This document shows positions 17,454 through 27,000 of a stretch of 64,000 bases of DNA, one piece after another. The notes beneath the pieces are model-generated. The model did not search any database. It was not told the DNA's origin and saw only the letters and a list, made by a program, of their open reading frames with translations. Made by a program: the position numbers and the translations under genes. Each line of letters opens with the position of its first letter. The stretch's first letter is position 1. Source of the stretch: an uncultured Gemmatimonadales bacterium (GTDB taxonomy: Bacteria > Gemmatimonadota > Gemmatimonadetes > Longimicrobiales > RSA9); NCBI GenBank assembly GCA_963783305.1, contig CAWAMW010000007.1, positions 288,001 through 352,000 on the forward strand, read 5' to 3'.

Positions 17454-20099
17454 TCAGTCGGATCGCAGTGCCGTGACGGGGTCCACGCGGACGGCGGTCC
17501 GAGCGGGGATCCACGATGCGGCGAGGGCGGTGGCGGCGAGGATGGCGATGACGGCGCCGTAGGTGACGGGATCGAGGCGGGAGACGCCGAATAGGAGTGA
17601 ATCGAGGGCGCGCGTGATGACCAGGGCGGCGCCCAGGCCGAGGGCGGTACCGAGGCCGGCCAGGGTGAGTCCCCGGCGGAGTACGCCGGTGAGGATGCGG
17701 CTGCGGGTGGCGCCGAGGGCGGAGCGAACGCCGAGCTCACGTCGTCGTTCGGCCACACTACCGGCGAGGACTCCGAAGATGCCGATGGCGGCGAGGGCGA
17801 GAGCGACGAGGGCGAAGGCCTGGAACAGCCAGTAGGCGAAGCGACGTTCCGCGGCGGACGAAGTGATGAGGCCTTCCAGGGTCGTGACCTGAACCACGGG
17901 CTGGTCAGTGTCGATGGCCCGGACTGCGTCCTGGAGCGCCGGCACGAGGGCGCCGGGTTCCCGGTCGGTCCGGATCACGAGCCAGACGGCCCGGTCGGCG
18001 AAATACCATTGGTCGGGCAGGACGTAGACGGCGGGGGTGGGTCCGGCGGCCAGCGACCGGTGGGCGACGTCGCCGGCCACGCCCACCACGGTGAACGCCG
18101 GCCAGTCGGTCCGGCCGCCGACGCGGACCTGGCGTCCAATGGGATCCTGGCCGGGGAACCGGCTGCGGGCCAGCGACTCGCTGAGGACGGCGGTGGCGGC
18201 GCCGGCGGCGTCCCGGGGCTCGAACCCGCGGCCCTGGCGGAGGGGGACGCCCATGGCCTGGAGGTAGCCGGGGCTGACCGCATAGCGGTAGACGCCAGCG
18301 TCCTGATCGGAGCTCTCCGGCGGTGCGGGGACGGGCTGGACGCCGTAGCGGTCGTCCTGTCCGCTCAGGGGCAGCTGGCTGGTCAGTGCCGCGGCCTCGA
18401 CGCCCGGAACGCTGCGGACTTCGTCGAGAACACGGCGGTAGAAGGTCCGCACGGCGTCGTCGTCGGAGTAGCGGTCGCCGGAGACCTGGACCTGGAGGGC
18501 CACGGCGCGGGTTGGGTCGAAGCCGGGGTCCACGTCGAGGAGGCGGGTCACGCTGCGTAGCAGGAGCCCGGCGCCCACGAGGAGAACCAGGGTGAGCGCC
18601 ACCTCGGCGACGACGAGGGCGTCACCGCCAGCCGACCGACCCCGGACCGGACCGGCCCGCCCGATGGCGTGGCGGGGGTCGTTCCGCGCGGCCCGGAGAG
18701 CGGGGGCGAGGCCCACGGCAATGCCCGCGAGCGCGGCTACGGCCAGTGCGGTGGCGAACACGGTGCCATCGAGCTGGATGGCGTCGGCCCGGGGCAGGCC
18801 CTCAGGGATCAGCGCGACGACCGACCGAACGCCAGCGGCGGCCAGGGCCAGCCCGCCCAGGGCGCCGAGTCCGGCGAGGAGCAGGCTCTCGGTGAGAAGC
18901 TGCCGGACGAGCCGGCACCGGTCTGCACCGAGGGCGGCCCGCATGGCGAACTCCTCGCGCCGCCGTGCGCCCCGGGCCAGCAGCAGGCTCGCCACGTTGA
19001 CGCAGGCAATGATCAGGAGCAGCACCACCGCCCCCAGAAGCGCCGTGAGCGTGGGCCGAGCGGACCCGGTGACGCGCTCCTTCAGTGATGTGATATGGAA
19101 GCCCTGCTCCAGCGAGGCCCAGGCCGGCCGGGCGAAGCCGTCCACGGGGTTCGCGGCGATCCGCTGCAGCTCCCGGGTCGCGGGGTTCGGCCCCAGCCCG
19201 GTCCGGACGCGGGCCACCATGTCCAGGTGATGGCCCCACTCCCGGCTCTGGAACGTGGGCAGAGACGCGTCGTACTGCAGGGGCGCCCAGATCCGGGCCG
19301 CCGGCGCTGTGACATTCTCGAAGCCCCGGGGCAGCACGCCGACGATGGTGAACGGCCGCCCGTCGAGGGCTACCCGCCGGCCCACTACGTCCTGGTTGCC
19401 ACCGAACCGGGTCCGCCACAAGCCGTAGTCGATCATGGCCACGTCCGCACCGCCGGCCCGATCCTCCTCGCCAAATCCGCGGCCGAGGGCGGGCGCAACG
19501 CCCAGGACCCCGAAATAGTCGGCGCTCACGCGCTGGCCCATCAGCCGCTCCGTCCGGCCCACGCCGGAGAGCACCGGCTCCCACGGCTTCACCACCGCCG
19601 TCGCCTCGAACGAACCGCTCCGCTCCTGAATCTCCCGGAAGGTCCCGAACGTCACCGGCGCCGGGCTCCCCTCGGGGCCCACGTCCGCGATGGACAGGAT
19701 ACGGCCGGCGCCGGGGTAGGGCAGGGGCTCGAAGAGCACGGGTTTCACCGCGCTCACCATGGTGGCGGTGCCCCCGAGGCCCAGCGACAACGTGAGGACC
19801 GCCGCGGCCGTGAAGCCGGGCCGCTTCCGGAGCGACCGGGCGGCGTAGCGCAGGTCGGCGCCGGCGTCCTCGAGGACCCGGGTCCAGCGCGCGGCCCGGA
19901 CCTCCTCCTTGTACCGCTCCCGGCCCCGGAACGCCAATCCGGCCCGGCGACGGGCTTCGGCCCGGCTCATCCCCCGGTCGAGGTTCGCTTCCGTCTCCCG
20001 CTCCAGGTGGAAGGCCAGCTCCTCATCCAGCTCCCGCTCCAGCGCGTCCTTGTCGAACAGTGCGCGCAGCTGCTTCCAGAGTCCGCGGATCCGGTCCAT
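17454..20099 (-). CDS. ADOP-family duplicated ABC permease (MacB/FtsX x2)
   Basis: Permease prefix ELDEELAFHLE, DLRYAARSLRKRPGFT, LLIIACVNVASLLLAR, RVDPVTALRSD; no ATPase adjacent. Confidence 0.92.
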   Translation of the reverse strand: MDRIRGLWKQLRALFDKDALERELDEELAFHLERETEANLDRGMSRAEARRRAGLAFRGRERYKEEVRAARWTRVLEDAGADLRYAARSLRKRPGFTAAAVLTLSLGLGGTATMVSAVKPVLFEPLPYPGAGRILSIADVGPEGSPAPVTFGTFREIQERSGSFEATAVVKPWEPVLSGVGRTERLMGQRVSADYFGVLGVAPALGRGFGEEDRAGGADVAMIDYGLWRTRFGGNQDVVGRRVALDGRPFTIVGVLPRGFENVTAPAARIWAPLQYDASLPTFQSREWGHHLDMVARVRTGLGPNPATRELQRIAANPVDGFARPAWASLEQGFHITSLKERVTGSARPTLTALLGAVVLLLIIACVNVASLLLARGARRREEFAMRAALGADRCRLVRQLLTESLLLAGLGALGGLALAAAGVRSVVALIPEGLPRADAIQLDGTVFATALAVAALAGIAVGLAPALRAARNDPRHAIGRAGPVRGRSAGGDALVVAEVALTLVLLVGAGLLLRSVTRLLDVDPGFDPTRAVALQVQVSGDRYSDDDAVRTFYRRVLDEVRSVPGVEAAALTSQLPLSGQDDRYGVQPVPAPPESSDQDAGVYRYAVSPGYLQAMGVPLRQGRGFEPRDAAGAATAVLSESLARSRFPGQDPIGRQVRVGGRTDWPAFTVVGVAGDVAHRSLAAGPTPAVYVLPDQWYFADRAVWLVIRTDREPGALVPALQDAVRAIDTDQPVVQVTTLEGLITSSAAERRFAYWLFQAFALVALALAAIGIFGVLAGSVAERRRELGVRSALGATRSRILTGVLRRGLTLAGLGTALGLGAALVITRALDSLLFGVSRLDPVTYGAVIAILAATALAASWIPARTAVRVDPVTALRSD

Positions 20100-20108
20100 T
20101 ATTCCCCC

Positions 20109-20438
20109 TCACGACGCCGGAGACAGGACCAGCTGCATGGCCCGCACGTACTCCCGCCAACTCGCCACCTCCTCGCCCAGAGCCTTCCGGCCCGACGACG
20201 TCAGGTGGTAGACCTTCGCCCGCCGGTTCTCCTCCGTGCGCCGCCACTCGCTGTCGATCCGCCCCTTCTGCTCCAGCCGCTGCAGCGCCGGATAGAGCGA
20301 GCCCTGTCCCACTTCGAACGCGTCCTCGGAACGCTGCTGGATTCGCTGGCTGATGCCCCAGCCGTGCAACGGCGCCAGGTCCAGCGTGCGCAGGATGAGG
20401 AGGTCGAGGGTGCCGCGCAGGACGTCGGTATTGGACAT
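20109..20438 (-). CDS. PadR family transcriptional regulator (acidobacterial type)
   Basis: LRGTLDLLIL, HGWGI, GSLYPALQRLE, ENRRAKVYHLT. Confidence 0.93.
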   Translation of the reverse strand: MSNTDVLRGTLDLLILRTLDLAPLHGWGISQRIQQRSEDAFEVGQGSLYPALQRLEQKGRIDSEWRRTEENRRAKVYHLTSSGRKALGEEVASWREYVRAMQLVLSPAS

Positions 20439-20493
20439 GGGCGCCAGCTGTCTCGGTTCGGGGGTGCCGTACACAGGGGACCGTGCGGCATTA

Positions 20494-20546
20494 TGTCGTG
20501 TTTCGACAATAGACGGTAGGGGGAGTGTTGTCGGAAGTCAACAACA
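20494..20546. promoter_or_regulatory. Two palindromic operator sites upstream of padR
   Basis: TGTCG-N5-CGACA (20494-20508) and TGTTGTCG-N5-CAACAACA (20526-20546). Confidence 0.55.
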
Positions 20547-20597
20547 GTGACCGAGTTTGCGGGGACGGTCCGGAGCACGGGCCCCGCCCGCGAGCCG

Positions 20598-21497
20598 CTA
20601 CGGAACGCGCTGCGCGCTCATCATGAGACGGTCCTCGAGTCCCCGGACCTCGAACCCGGTGGCCCGCCCGCCGTCGAGCAGGAACTCGAAGTACATGTCC
20701 ACCTCGGTCTCGTAGACCTGGCCGTTCTTCATCCAGCCGGGATTGAACACGAAGTCGGTGACCGGGATGAGCTCGAACTCCCCGGGGAGGACCGGGGGGC
20801 CACTCTTCAGGGTGCCGATGAGTCGGCCGTCCCTGTATTCGACCGTAAGCTCCACCCGGGGCATCGCCGCTCCCGGCGGCGTTTCGGCGGGAGGCGGTCC
20901 TTCGAAGGCGATCGTGTACAACCCGACCATGCGCTCCGCCTGCTCGGGCGCCACGATCTTGCGCGGGGGAATCGGCACGTCGATCCGGAAGAGCACGCGG
21001 GTGCCCCCCCAACGGAACTCCATGTCCATTCCCATCGGGTCGACGTGGGGGAACGCGAAGGTCAGGGCCTCGGTGTGCTCCGCCGACTGGGGCGTGACCC
21101 TGAGCCGGATCTGGTCGGAGGCGGGCTCGGGGGGCTGGGTGTGGTAGAGGGTGGCGCGGGGGTCGAGGACCATCTCCCAGTCGGACTCCGCCGGGATCAG
21201 CCACATGGAATAGCGGCCCTGGGGCACCGTGCGACCGTTGAGCGTAACGTCCGCCGTGGCCTCGAAGGTGGTGGCCTCATTGGCGCCCGGAGTCCATACG
21301 TGTCCCCACTCCACCAGCCCTCCGAAAACCGGGGTGCGCCCTCGCACGTGGGGTCGGCCGTAGTCGATGGTGACCGTCGTGCCGTTCGACACCTGACTGA
21401 TGATGCCGCGTTCGCTCCCGCGGATCTGGGCGGCGGCGTGGAATGGTGCGAACGTGCCGATTACCACGAACATTGCGGCGAAGTGTCGGAGCTTCAT
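20598..21497 (-). CDS. Secreted DUF2911-domain protein
   Basis: Signal peptide; IDYGRPHVRGR...FGGLVEWGHVWTPGANEATT motif. Confidence 0.85.
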   Translation of the reverse strand: MKLRHFAAMFVVIGTFAPFHAAAQIRGSERGIISQVSNGTTVTIDYGRPHVRGRTPVFGGLVEWGHVWTPGANEATTFEATADVTLNGRTVPQGRYSMWLIPAESDWEMVLDPRATLYHTQPPEPASDQIRLRVTPQSAEHTEALTFAFPHVDPMGMDMEFRWGGTRVLFRIDVPIPPRKIVAPEQAERMVGLYTIAFEGPPPAETPPGAAMPRVELTVEYRDGRLIGTLKSGPPVLPGEFELIPVTDFVFNPGWMKNGQVYETEVDMYFEFLLDGGRATGFEVRGLEDRLMMSAQRVP

Positions 21498-21906
21498 GGG
21501 CTCTCCCGGGAAGGAATTCGTGGACGGTAGGTGCGATCAGGGGCGGCGATACCCCTGTGATCGACCTGACCTCAGCGTGTGCCGCAGGAGCTGACGTGGA
21601 GCACGCTGGGCGCTCCTGATCGGGTCGCCCCCTCTGGCTCACCGTACGCGGGGGGCGCGTAGATGTTGATCCGGCGCCGCCGCCACGAGCCCCCCCGGCA
21701 TCACCAATCGTATACCCACCACCCCAAGAAGCGCCCCAGGGGTGTGTCACGCAAGGAAACCTCGACCATGGGGACGGCCGCCCCGGGGTCAGTGGCCGGG
21801 CTTCAGCACCACCATGGCCTTCGGTGAGCCTTCCGGCACGGGCGGGATGGTGAACCCGTTTGCGTCGCTCCGGCTGGCAAAGGAGCTGTCGTGATTGCGC
21901 TGATTC

Positions 21907-21922
21907 TGGCCGGTTCCTTGCG
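21907..21922 (+). promoter_or_regulatory. Sigma54-type promoter candidate
   Basis: TGGCCGGTTCCTTGCG (GG-N10-GC with TGGC/TTGC), about 50 nt upstream of ATG 21975. Confidence 0.55.
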
Positions 21923-21974
21923 ACTGCGGCAGCTACTCCCCGCTCGGGGCAGTCACACACCAAGGAGCACGACC

Positions 21975-22976
21975 ATGCGCAACATGATCCTCATCGTCGC
22001 CGCCGTAACCGCCCTTTCGAGCGCCGTGCCCGTCAGTGCCGCCGCCCAGGGCAACTCGGCCAAGCCGGACAAGCCGGCTACGGCAAAGCAGAAGGCGGGG
22101 CGGCCCCAGCCCGGGGCTGAGGGGCAGGGGCAGGGGCAGGGTCAGGCGCAGCGCCCGAAGGCTCGCGGTCAGGGTCAGAGCCAAGCGCGCGGCCAGGGCC
22201 AGGGCCAGGCCCGTGGTCAGGGACAGGCGGGTGCTCAGGGTCGTGGTGGGGCGCCGGGGCAGGCGAGGGTTGCCCGTCGGGGCGGTCCCGCGCCGGATCG
22301 GGCCGCGTTCAACCGAAACCTGGTGGAGCGGGCAGTGAAAGTGCGCGGTGCTCGCGGAAGCTCCGCCCGGAACGTGGAGATGCGCCGGGAGGGCGGAGAG
22401 CTACGGGTCGTGCGGGAGGACGGTCGCCTGCTGTTCGCGCTGGACGAGGACCGCGCGGGCGAGATCGGCTACTGGCGGATCGGGCGGGTGCCGTCTGTGT
22501 CGCAGGCGAGGTGGGACGACCGGGAGCAGGGCGACCGCCGCGACGGGGGGATCTTCCCAGCGGACCGCGAGGCGTCCGACCGCCCGGGCGCGCCCGCCTT
22601 CTGTGGAAGCGGCGAAGGGCACCCGGTATGGGGCAGGGCGTGGTGCATGGACAAGGGCTTCGGCCTCGGTGACGGGGACGACCGTGTCTGGGGGTGGGGA
22701 CGCGAGATCGAGGATGTGGTGCTGCGCCGGCCGGATACGGATCGGGACCTGGACCGGGGCGGCTTGAAGGACGTGCTGGGCGATATCGTGTTCGGCCGGA
22801 TCGCGCTGCAGTCGCTGGTGCTTGGAGCGGACGAGCCGCTGTCGGGGCGGTGGATCGGACAGGAAAACGGGCCGCGGGTGCTGAGCATCCACGCTGGTGA
22901 CCTTCCGGTGGCCGAGCTGGTGGATATCGGCCGCGACGACGAGGTGGACGTGCTCGTCTTCAACCTGGGCGGTTGA
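21975..22976 (+). CDS. Secreted hypothetical protein with Gly/Gln-rich repeats
   Basis: AAGGAG RBS; signal peptide ending AAA-Q; ARGQGQ repeats; PAFCGSGEGHPVWGRAWCMDKGFG motif. Confidence 0.75.
   Translation: MRNMILIVAAVTALSSAVPVSAAAQGNSAKPDKPATAKQKAGRPQPGAEGQGQGQGQAQRPKARGQGQSQARGQGQGQARGQGQAGAQGRGGAPGQARVARRGGPAPDRAAFNRNLVERAVKVRGARGSSARNVEMRREGGELRVVREDGRLLFALDEDRAGEIGYWRIGRVPSVSQARWDDREQGDRRDGGIFPADREASDRPGAPAFCGSGEGHPVWGRAWCMDKGFGLGDGDDRVWGWGREIEDVVLRRPDTDRDLDRGGLKDVLGDIVFGRIALQSLVLGADEPLSGRWIGQENGPRVLSIHAGDLPVAELVDIGRDDEVDVLVFNLGG
22120..22241 (+). repeat. Coding low-complexity repeat (CAGGGN)n encoding GQ/ARGQGQ
   Basis: ggggcaggggcaggggcagggtcag ... ggtcagggtcag ... ggccagggccagggccag ... 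ggtcagggacag. Confidence 0.6.
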
Positions 22977-23075
22977 AGGGCGTCACCGCGGTGATCGTCA
23001 GCAGGAAGAAGCTGGTGCACTACTCGAGTCGGCGGGCCTTCGTCGGGCCGCGTGTTCGACTCCGGCCGGCAGCCC

Positions 23076-23945
23076 TCAGCCGCTCAGGTCGGCGGCCACC
23101 CGGCCCAGCCCGGCCCAGTCGATCCCGAGCCAACCCCGGGCGGCGGCGGTGAGGAAGCGGTCGCGGATGGCGCTGGCCACGGGCATGGGCACGTGGGCTT
23201 CCCCGGCCGCCTCGAGCCCGTAGCGGATGTCCTTGAGTCCGTGAGCGAGCTGGAAGCCCGCCGGCTCGTACTCCTGCGCCTCGATCATCCCGCCGTAGTT
23301 CTGGTAGATGGGCGAGCGGAAGAGCCGATCCGCCATGGTCTCGTGGAAGAGGCCGGCGTCGATGCCGTGGGCCCGGACCAGCGTGTACGCCTCGGCCATG
23401 GCCTCGATGGCCGACGCCAGCATGAAGTTGCCGGCCAGCTTCATGACGTTCGCCTGCTCCGGCTCGGCCCCGGCCACGATCACCCCCTGACCCAGCGCGT
23501 CGAACGCCGGGCGACAGGCGTCGATGTCGGAGGCCTCACCGCCGGCCACGATCCACAGCGACGCGCTCTCCGCCGCGTCCGGGCGGCCGAACACCGGCCC
23601 GGCGACGTAGCGCTGTCCGCGCTCGTCGTGGGCGGCGGCCAGGCGGCGGGACATGCCTACGCTGATGGTGGTCATGCAGGCGTGCAGGCCGCCCTCACCC
23701 AGCCCAACCAGGACGCCGTCCTCGCCGAAGGTGACCGCCTCCACCGCGGCGTCGTCGGAGAGCATGGTGACCACCAGATCGGCGTCGCGGGCGGCCTCCG
23801 CGGGCGACCCCGCGACGGGCGCTCCCTCCAGCGCCTCCGCCTTCTCCTCCGTTCGGTTCCAGACCACGACGTCGTGGTCGGCGGCGATGAGGTTCCGGGC
23901 CATGGGGCGGCCCATGCTTCCGAGTCCGATGAAGGCGATGCGCAT
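23076..23945 (-). CDS. NAD(P)-dependent oxidoreductase, 3-hydroxyisobutyrate dehydrogenase family
   Basis: MRIAFIGLGSMGRPMA, VWNRT, GPVFG, VMKLAGN. Confidence 0.92.
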   Translation of the reverse strand: MRIAFIGLGSMGRPMARNLIAADHDVVVWNRTEEKAEALEGAPVAGSPAEAARDADLVVTMLSDDAAVEAVTFGEDGVLVGLGEGGLHACMTTISVGMSRRLAAAHDERGQRYVAGPVFGRPDAAESASLWIVAGGEASDIDACRPAFDALGQGVIVAGAEPEQANVMKLAGNFMLASAIEAMAEAYTLVRAHGIDAGLFHETMADRLFRSPIYQNYGGMIEAQEYEPAGFQLAHGLKDIRYGLEAAGEAHVPMPVASAIRDRFLTAAARGWLGIDWAGLGRVAADLSG

Positions 23946-24073
23946 GGTAGTTCGTCCGGTCGTGGGAGCGTCCGTCGGTCGCCGGTCGGACGGCTGCAAG
24001 AAGCGGGCAGCGCGAGAGCCATCGCTGCCCCCGGCCCCCGGCACGCCGGGCGCGCTCCAGGGATGCCGGGCCC

Positions 24074-25513
24074 TCAGGGCAGCAGCAGCACGCGCCCCAG
24101 CGGGGCCATGGCCCCTTCCGCGGCCAGCCCGGCCGCCAGGGTGGCCACCACGGTCGCCGCCAGCACCCACCCGGACCAGCGTCCCAGCACCGCCACGGGC
24201 GCCTCCGCCGCCGGTTGGAAGTAGGCGGGCCCCAGTACCCGGAGGTAGTAGAACAGCGAGGCCACGGTGTTGGCGACGGCGACGACGGCGAGCCAGCTGT
24301 AGCCGCCATCGATGGCGGCGCCGAAGATCATGAGCTTGCCGACGAACCCGCCGAGGGGCGGGATCCCGACCAGCGACAGGAAGGCGATGGCGAGGGCCGC
24401 GGCAACGGCGGGGCGGGCGCGGCCGAGTCCCCGGTAGTCGTCGAGGTCGGTCCGGCCCCGGAGATGGGTCACGACGGCGAACGCGCCGAAATTGGCGAGG
24501 CCGTAGGCCAGGAGGAAGAAGAGGAGGCCCGACAGGGCGAGGTCGCTCAGGCCGAGGACGGCCACGGCCACCAGCGCGTACCCGGACTGGGAGACGGACG
24601 ACCAGCCCAGCATTCGCCGGACGTCCGTCTGCCAGAGGGCGCCCAGGTTGCCGAGTGTCATGGTGACGACGGCCAGGGCGGCGATCAGCAGACGCCACGG
24701 GACGAGCCCATCGGGCAGGAGGGACACGACTCGGGCCAGCGCGACGAGCGCGCCGACCTTGGGCACCACCGTGAGGAATGCCGCAGAGGGCGCCGGCGAT
24801 CCCTCCGCCACGTCCGGGAGCCACGTGTGGGCCGGGAACGCCGCCAGCTTGTACGTCAGTCCCACCACCATGAAAGCGACGGCGACCAGCAGGCCCCAGC
24901 GCGCCCCGCCCGCTGCGCCCGCCGGGCTCGCCGCGCCGGCGGCCAGGCCCCGCCGGATTCCTTCGTACCCGGTGTCGCCGAGGAGGCCGAACAGGATCAC
25001 CACGCCGGCCACCAGCAGTGCGTTGGCCAGCGCGCCGACCAGGAAGTACTTCATCCCGGCCTCGACGGCCAGCGGCCAGTCCCGGTGGTAGGCGGCGAGG
25101 GTAAAGCCGGTGACGGACGACAGGAGCACGGCCACCACCAGCTGCATCGTGTCGGCGGCGCCAGCCATGAGCACCGCCCCCACCGTCGACAGGAGGAGAA
25201 CGGCGTAGAACTCGCCGTGGCGGCGGTCGCTGCGGAACCAGTCGGGGGCCAGGCCGAGGGCGAGACCGGCGAAGAGGAGGATCATGAGCCGCGCGGCGAT
25301 GGTGGCGCCGTCGAGGGCCCAGGTCCCGTGGAAGGTGAGCCGCGCGGGTCCCCCCACCTGGCGGACGCTGAGCCAGGCTGCGGCGGCGAGGCCGGCGAGT
25401 GCGAGGAGGGCGCAGAGGGTGTGTCGTCTGTGGGGGATGAACGCGGCCACCAGTAGCGTGACCACGGCGGCCACGACCAGCGCGATCTCCGGGAAGAGGT
25501 CGCCTACGGGCAT
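24074..25513 (-). CDS. nuoN: NuoN-like antiporter subunit
   Basis: EAGMKYFLVGA, YKLAAFPAHTWLPDVAEGSP, RRMLGWSSVSQSGY, SLVGIPPLGGFVGK. Confidence 0.85.
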   Translation of the reverse strand: MPVGDLFPEIALVVAAVVTLLVAAFIPHRRHTLCALLALAGLAAAAWLSVRQVGGPARLTFHGTWALDGATIAARLMILLFAGLALGLAPDWFRSDRRHGEFYAVLLLSTVGAVLMAGAADTMQLVVAVLLSSVTGFTLAAYHRDWPLAVEAGMKYFLVGALANALLVAGVVILFGLLGDTGYEGIRRGLAAGAASPAGAAGGARWGLLVAVAFMVVGLTYKLAAFPAHTWLPDVAEGSPAPSAAFLTVVPKVGALVALARVVSLLPDGLVPWRLLIAALAVVTMTLGNLGALWQTDVRRMLGWSSVSQSGYALVAVAVLGLSDLALSGLLFFLLAYGLANFGAFAVVTHLRGRTDLDDYRGLGRARPAVAAALAIAFLSLVGIPPLGGFVGKLMIFGAAIDGGYSWLAVVAVANTVASLFYYLRVLGPAYFQPAAEAPVAVLGRWSGWVLAATVVATLAAGLAAEGAMAPLGRVLLLP

Positions 25514-26997
25514 CAGCCCGCTCCCACCAGGACGACGGCGGCGCTCTCGACCAGCGTCAGTAGGAAGCGCGGGTAGACGCCGATGAGCACCACGAGGGCC
25601 AGGAGCACGCCGAGCACCAGCCGCTCCCGCAGCCCCAGGTCCGGGAAGTCCGTCCACCGCTCCGGGAGCGCGCCGAAGAAGAGGTCGCGGAGCATGAGGA
25701 GGAAGAGCGCGGCGGTCACCAGGACGCCGACCAGGGCGAGGCCGGCGAGCCAGGGGAAGACGCCGAAGGTGCCGATGAAGATCTGGATCTCGGCCACGAA
25801 CCCGGCCAGGCCCGGCAGCCCGAGGCTGGCGAAGGCGGCCAGCGTGGTGGCCGTGGTCAGGACGGGCGCGGGGCCGGCCAGGCCGCCGTAGGCGTCCAGG
25901 TCGTATTCCTCGGTCCGCTGCCAGAAGGAGCCGGCGATGAGGAAGAGCGCGCCGGTGATGAGCCCGTGGGCGATCATCTCCACCGTGGCCCCGGTGAGGG
26001 CCAGCCGGCGGGCGGCCTCCGCCCCCGGCACCATGGCCCCCGCGGCGGCGATCCCGAGCACCGTGTAGCCCATGTGATTCACCGACGTGTACGCGATTCG
26101 CCGCTTCAGGCTCGACTGCGCCAGCGCCACCAGCGCGCCGTAGACGATGGATACCACGCCGATCACGCCGATGACCAGCGCCCACCGGTGGAAGGTCTCC
26201 CGCATCATGGAGTACGGGATCCGGATCAGGCCGTAGGTCCCCATCTTCAGGAGCACGCCGGCAAGGACGGTGGACGCTGGGCCGGGGGCGTCGACGTGGG
26301 CGGGCGGGAGCCAGGTGTGGAAGGGGACCACGGGCGTCTTGATCCCGAGCCCGATCCCCAGCCCCAGGAGCGCGAGCCCCGCCATCCCGTGGCCGGCCAG
26401 CGGCTGCTGGGCGATGAGCGCCCGCATGTCGAAGGTGTGGGGATCGCTGGCCAGGTAGAGCGCCAGGATCGCCAGCAGCATGGTGAGGGAGCCGGCCAGC
26501 GTGTAGAGGAAGAACTTGAGCGCGCTGCGCCGGGCGTCGCCGTGTCCCCAGCGGCCGATGAGGAAGAACATCCCCACGAGGCTCAGGTCGAAGAAGACGT
26601 AGAAGAGGAGGAGGTCGAGGGCCAGGAACACGCCCAGGGAGACGCCCTCCAGGAAGAGCAGCCAGGCGTAGTACTGACGGGGCCGCCCCAGGGTGTCCAC
26701 CGGGTACGCCACTGCCCCCGTGAACAGGAGGGCGCTCATGGTGGCCACGGCCAGGGAAATCCCGTCCACGCCCAGACGGTAGCCCACGCCCAGCGACGGG
26801 ATCCACGGCACGTCCGTCACCAGCTGGAACTGGGGGCCGCCCATGTCGAACCCGAGCCAGGCCACGACCAGCAGCGCGAGCGGAACGGCCGCCGACGCGG
26901 TCGCGAAGAGGCGCGCGGCGCCCTCCGTCCAGCGATTCGACACGACCAGCGCCGTGGCGGCCGCGAGGGGCAGGACCAGCGAAGCCGTCAGCAGCAT
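25513..26997 (-). CDS. nuoM: NuoM-like antiporter subunit
   Basis: LGVDGIS, KFFLYTLAGS, IKTPVVPFHTWLPPAHVDAP, LLKMGTYG, LGLPGLAGFVAE. Confidence 0.88.
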   Translation of the reverse strand: MLLTASLVLPLAAATALVVSNRWTEGAARLFATASAAVPLALLVVAWLGFDMGGPQFQLVTDVPWIPSLGVGYRLGVDGISLAVATMSALLFTGAVAYPVDTLGRPRQYYAWLLFLEGVSLGVFLALDLLLFYVFFDLSLVGMFFLIGRWGHGDARRSALKFFLYTLAGSLTMLLAILALYLASDPHTFDMRALIAQQPLAGHGMAGLALLGLGIGLGIKTPVVPFHTWLPPAHVDAPGPASTVLAGVLLKMGTYGLIRIPYSMMRETFHRWALVIGVIGVVSIVYGALVALAQSSLKRRIAYTSVNHMGYTVLGIAAAGAMVPGAEAARRLALTGATVEMIAHGLITGALFLIAGSFWQRTEEYDLDAYGGLAGPAPVLTTATTLAAFASLGLPGLAGFVAEIQIFIGTFGVFPWLAGLALVGVLVTAALFLLMLRDLFFGALPERWTDFPDLGLRERLVLGVLLALVVLIGVYPRFLLTLVESAAVVLVGAG

Positions 26998-27000
26998 TCC

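Noticed and set aside
21640..21680. Minus-strand peptide RRINIYAPPAY resembling a cupin C-terminus
   Set aside because: Too short, with no start or upstream domain; could be chance.
22120..22241. Possible CRISPR or non-coding repeat array
   Set aside because: Short in-frame coding repeats with no unique spacers; no cas genes in the window.
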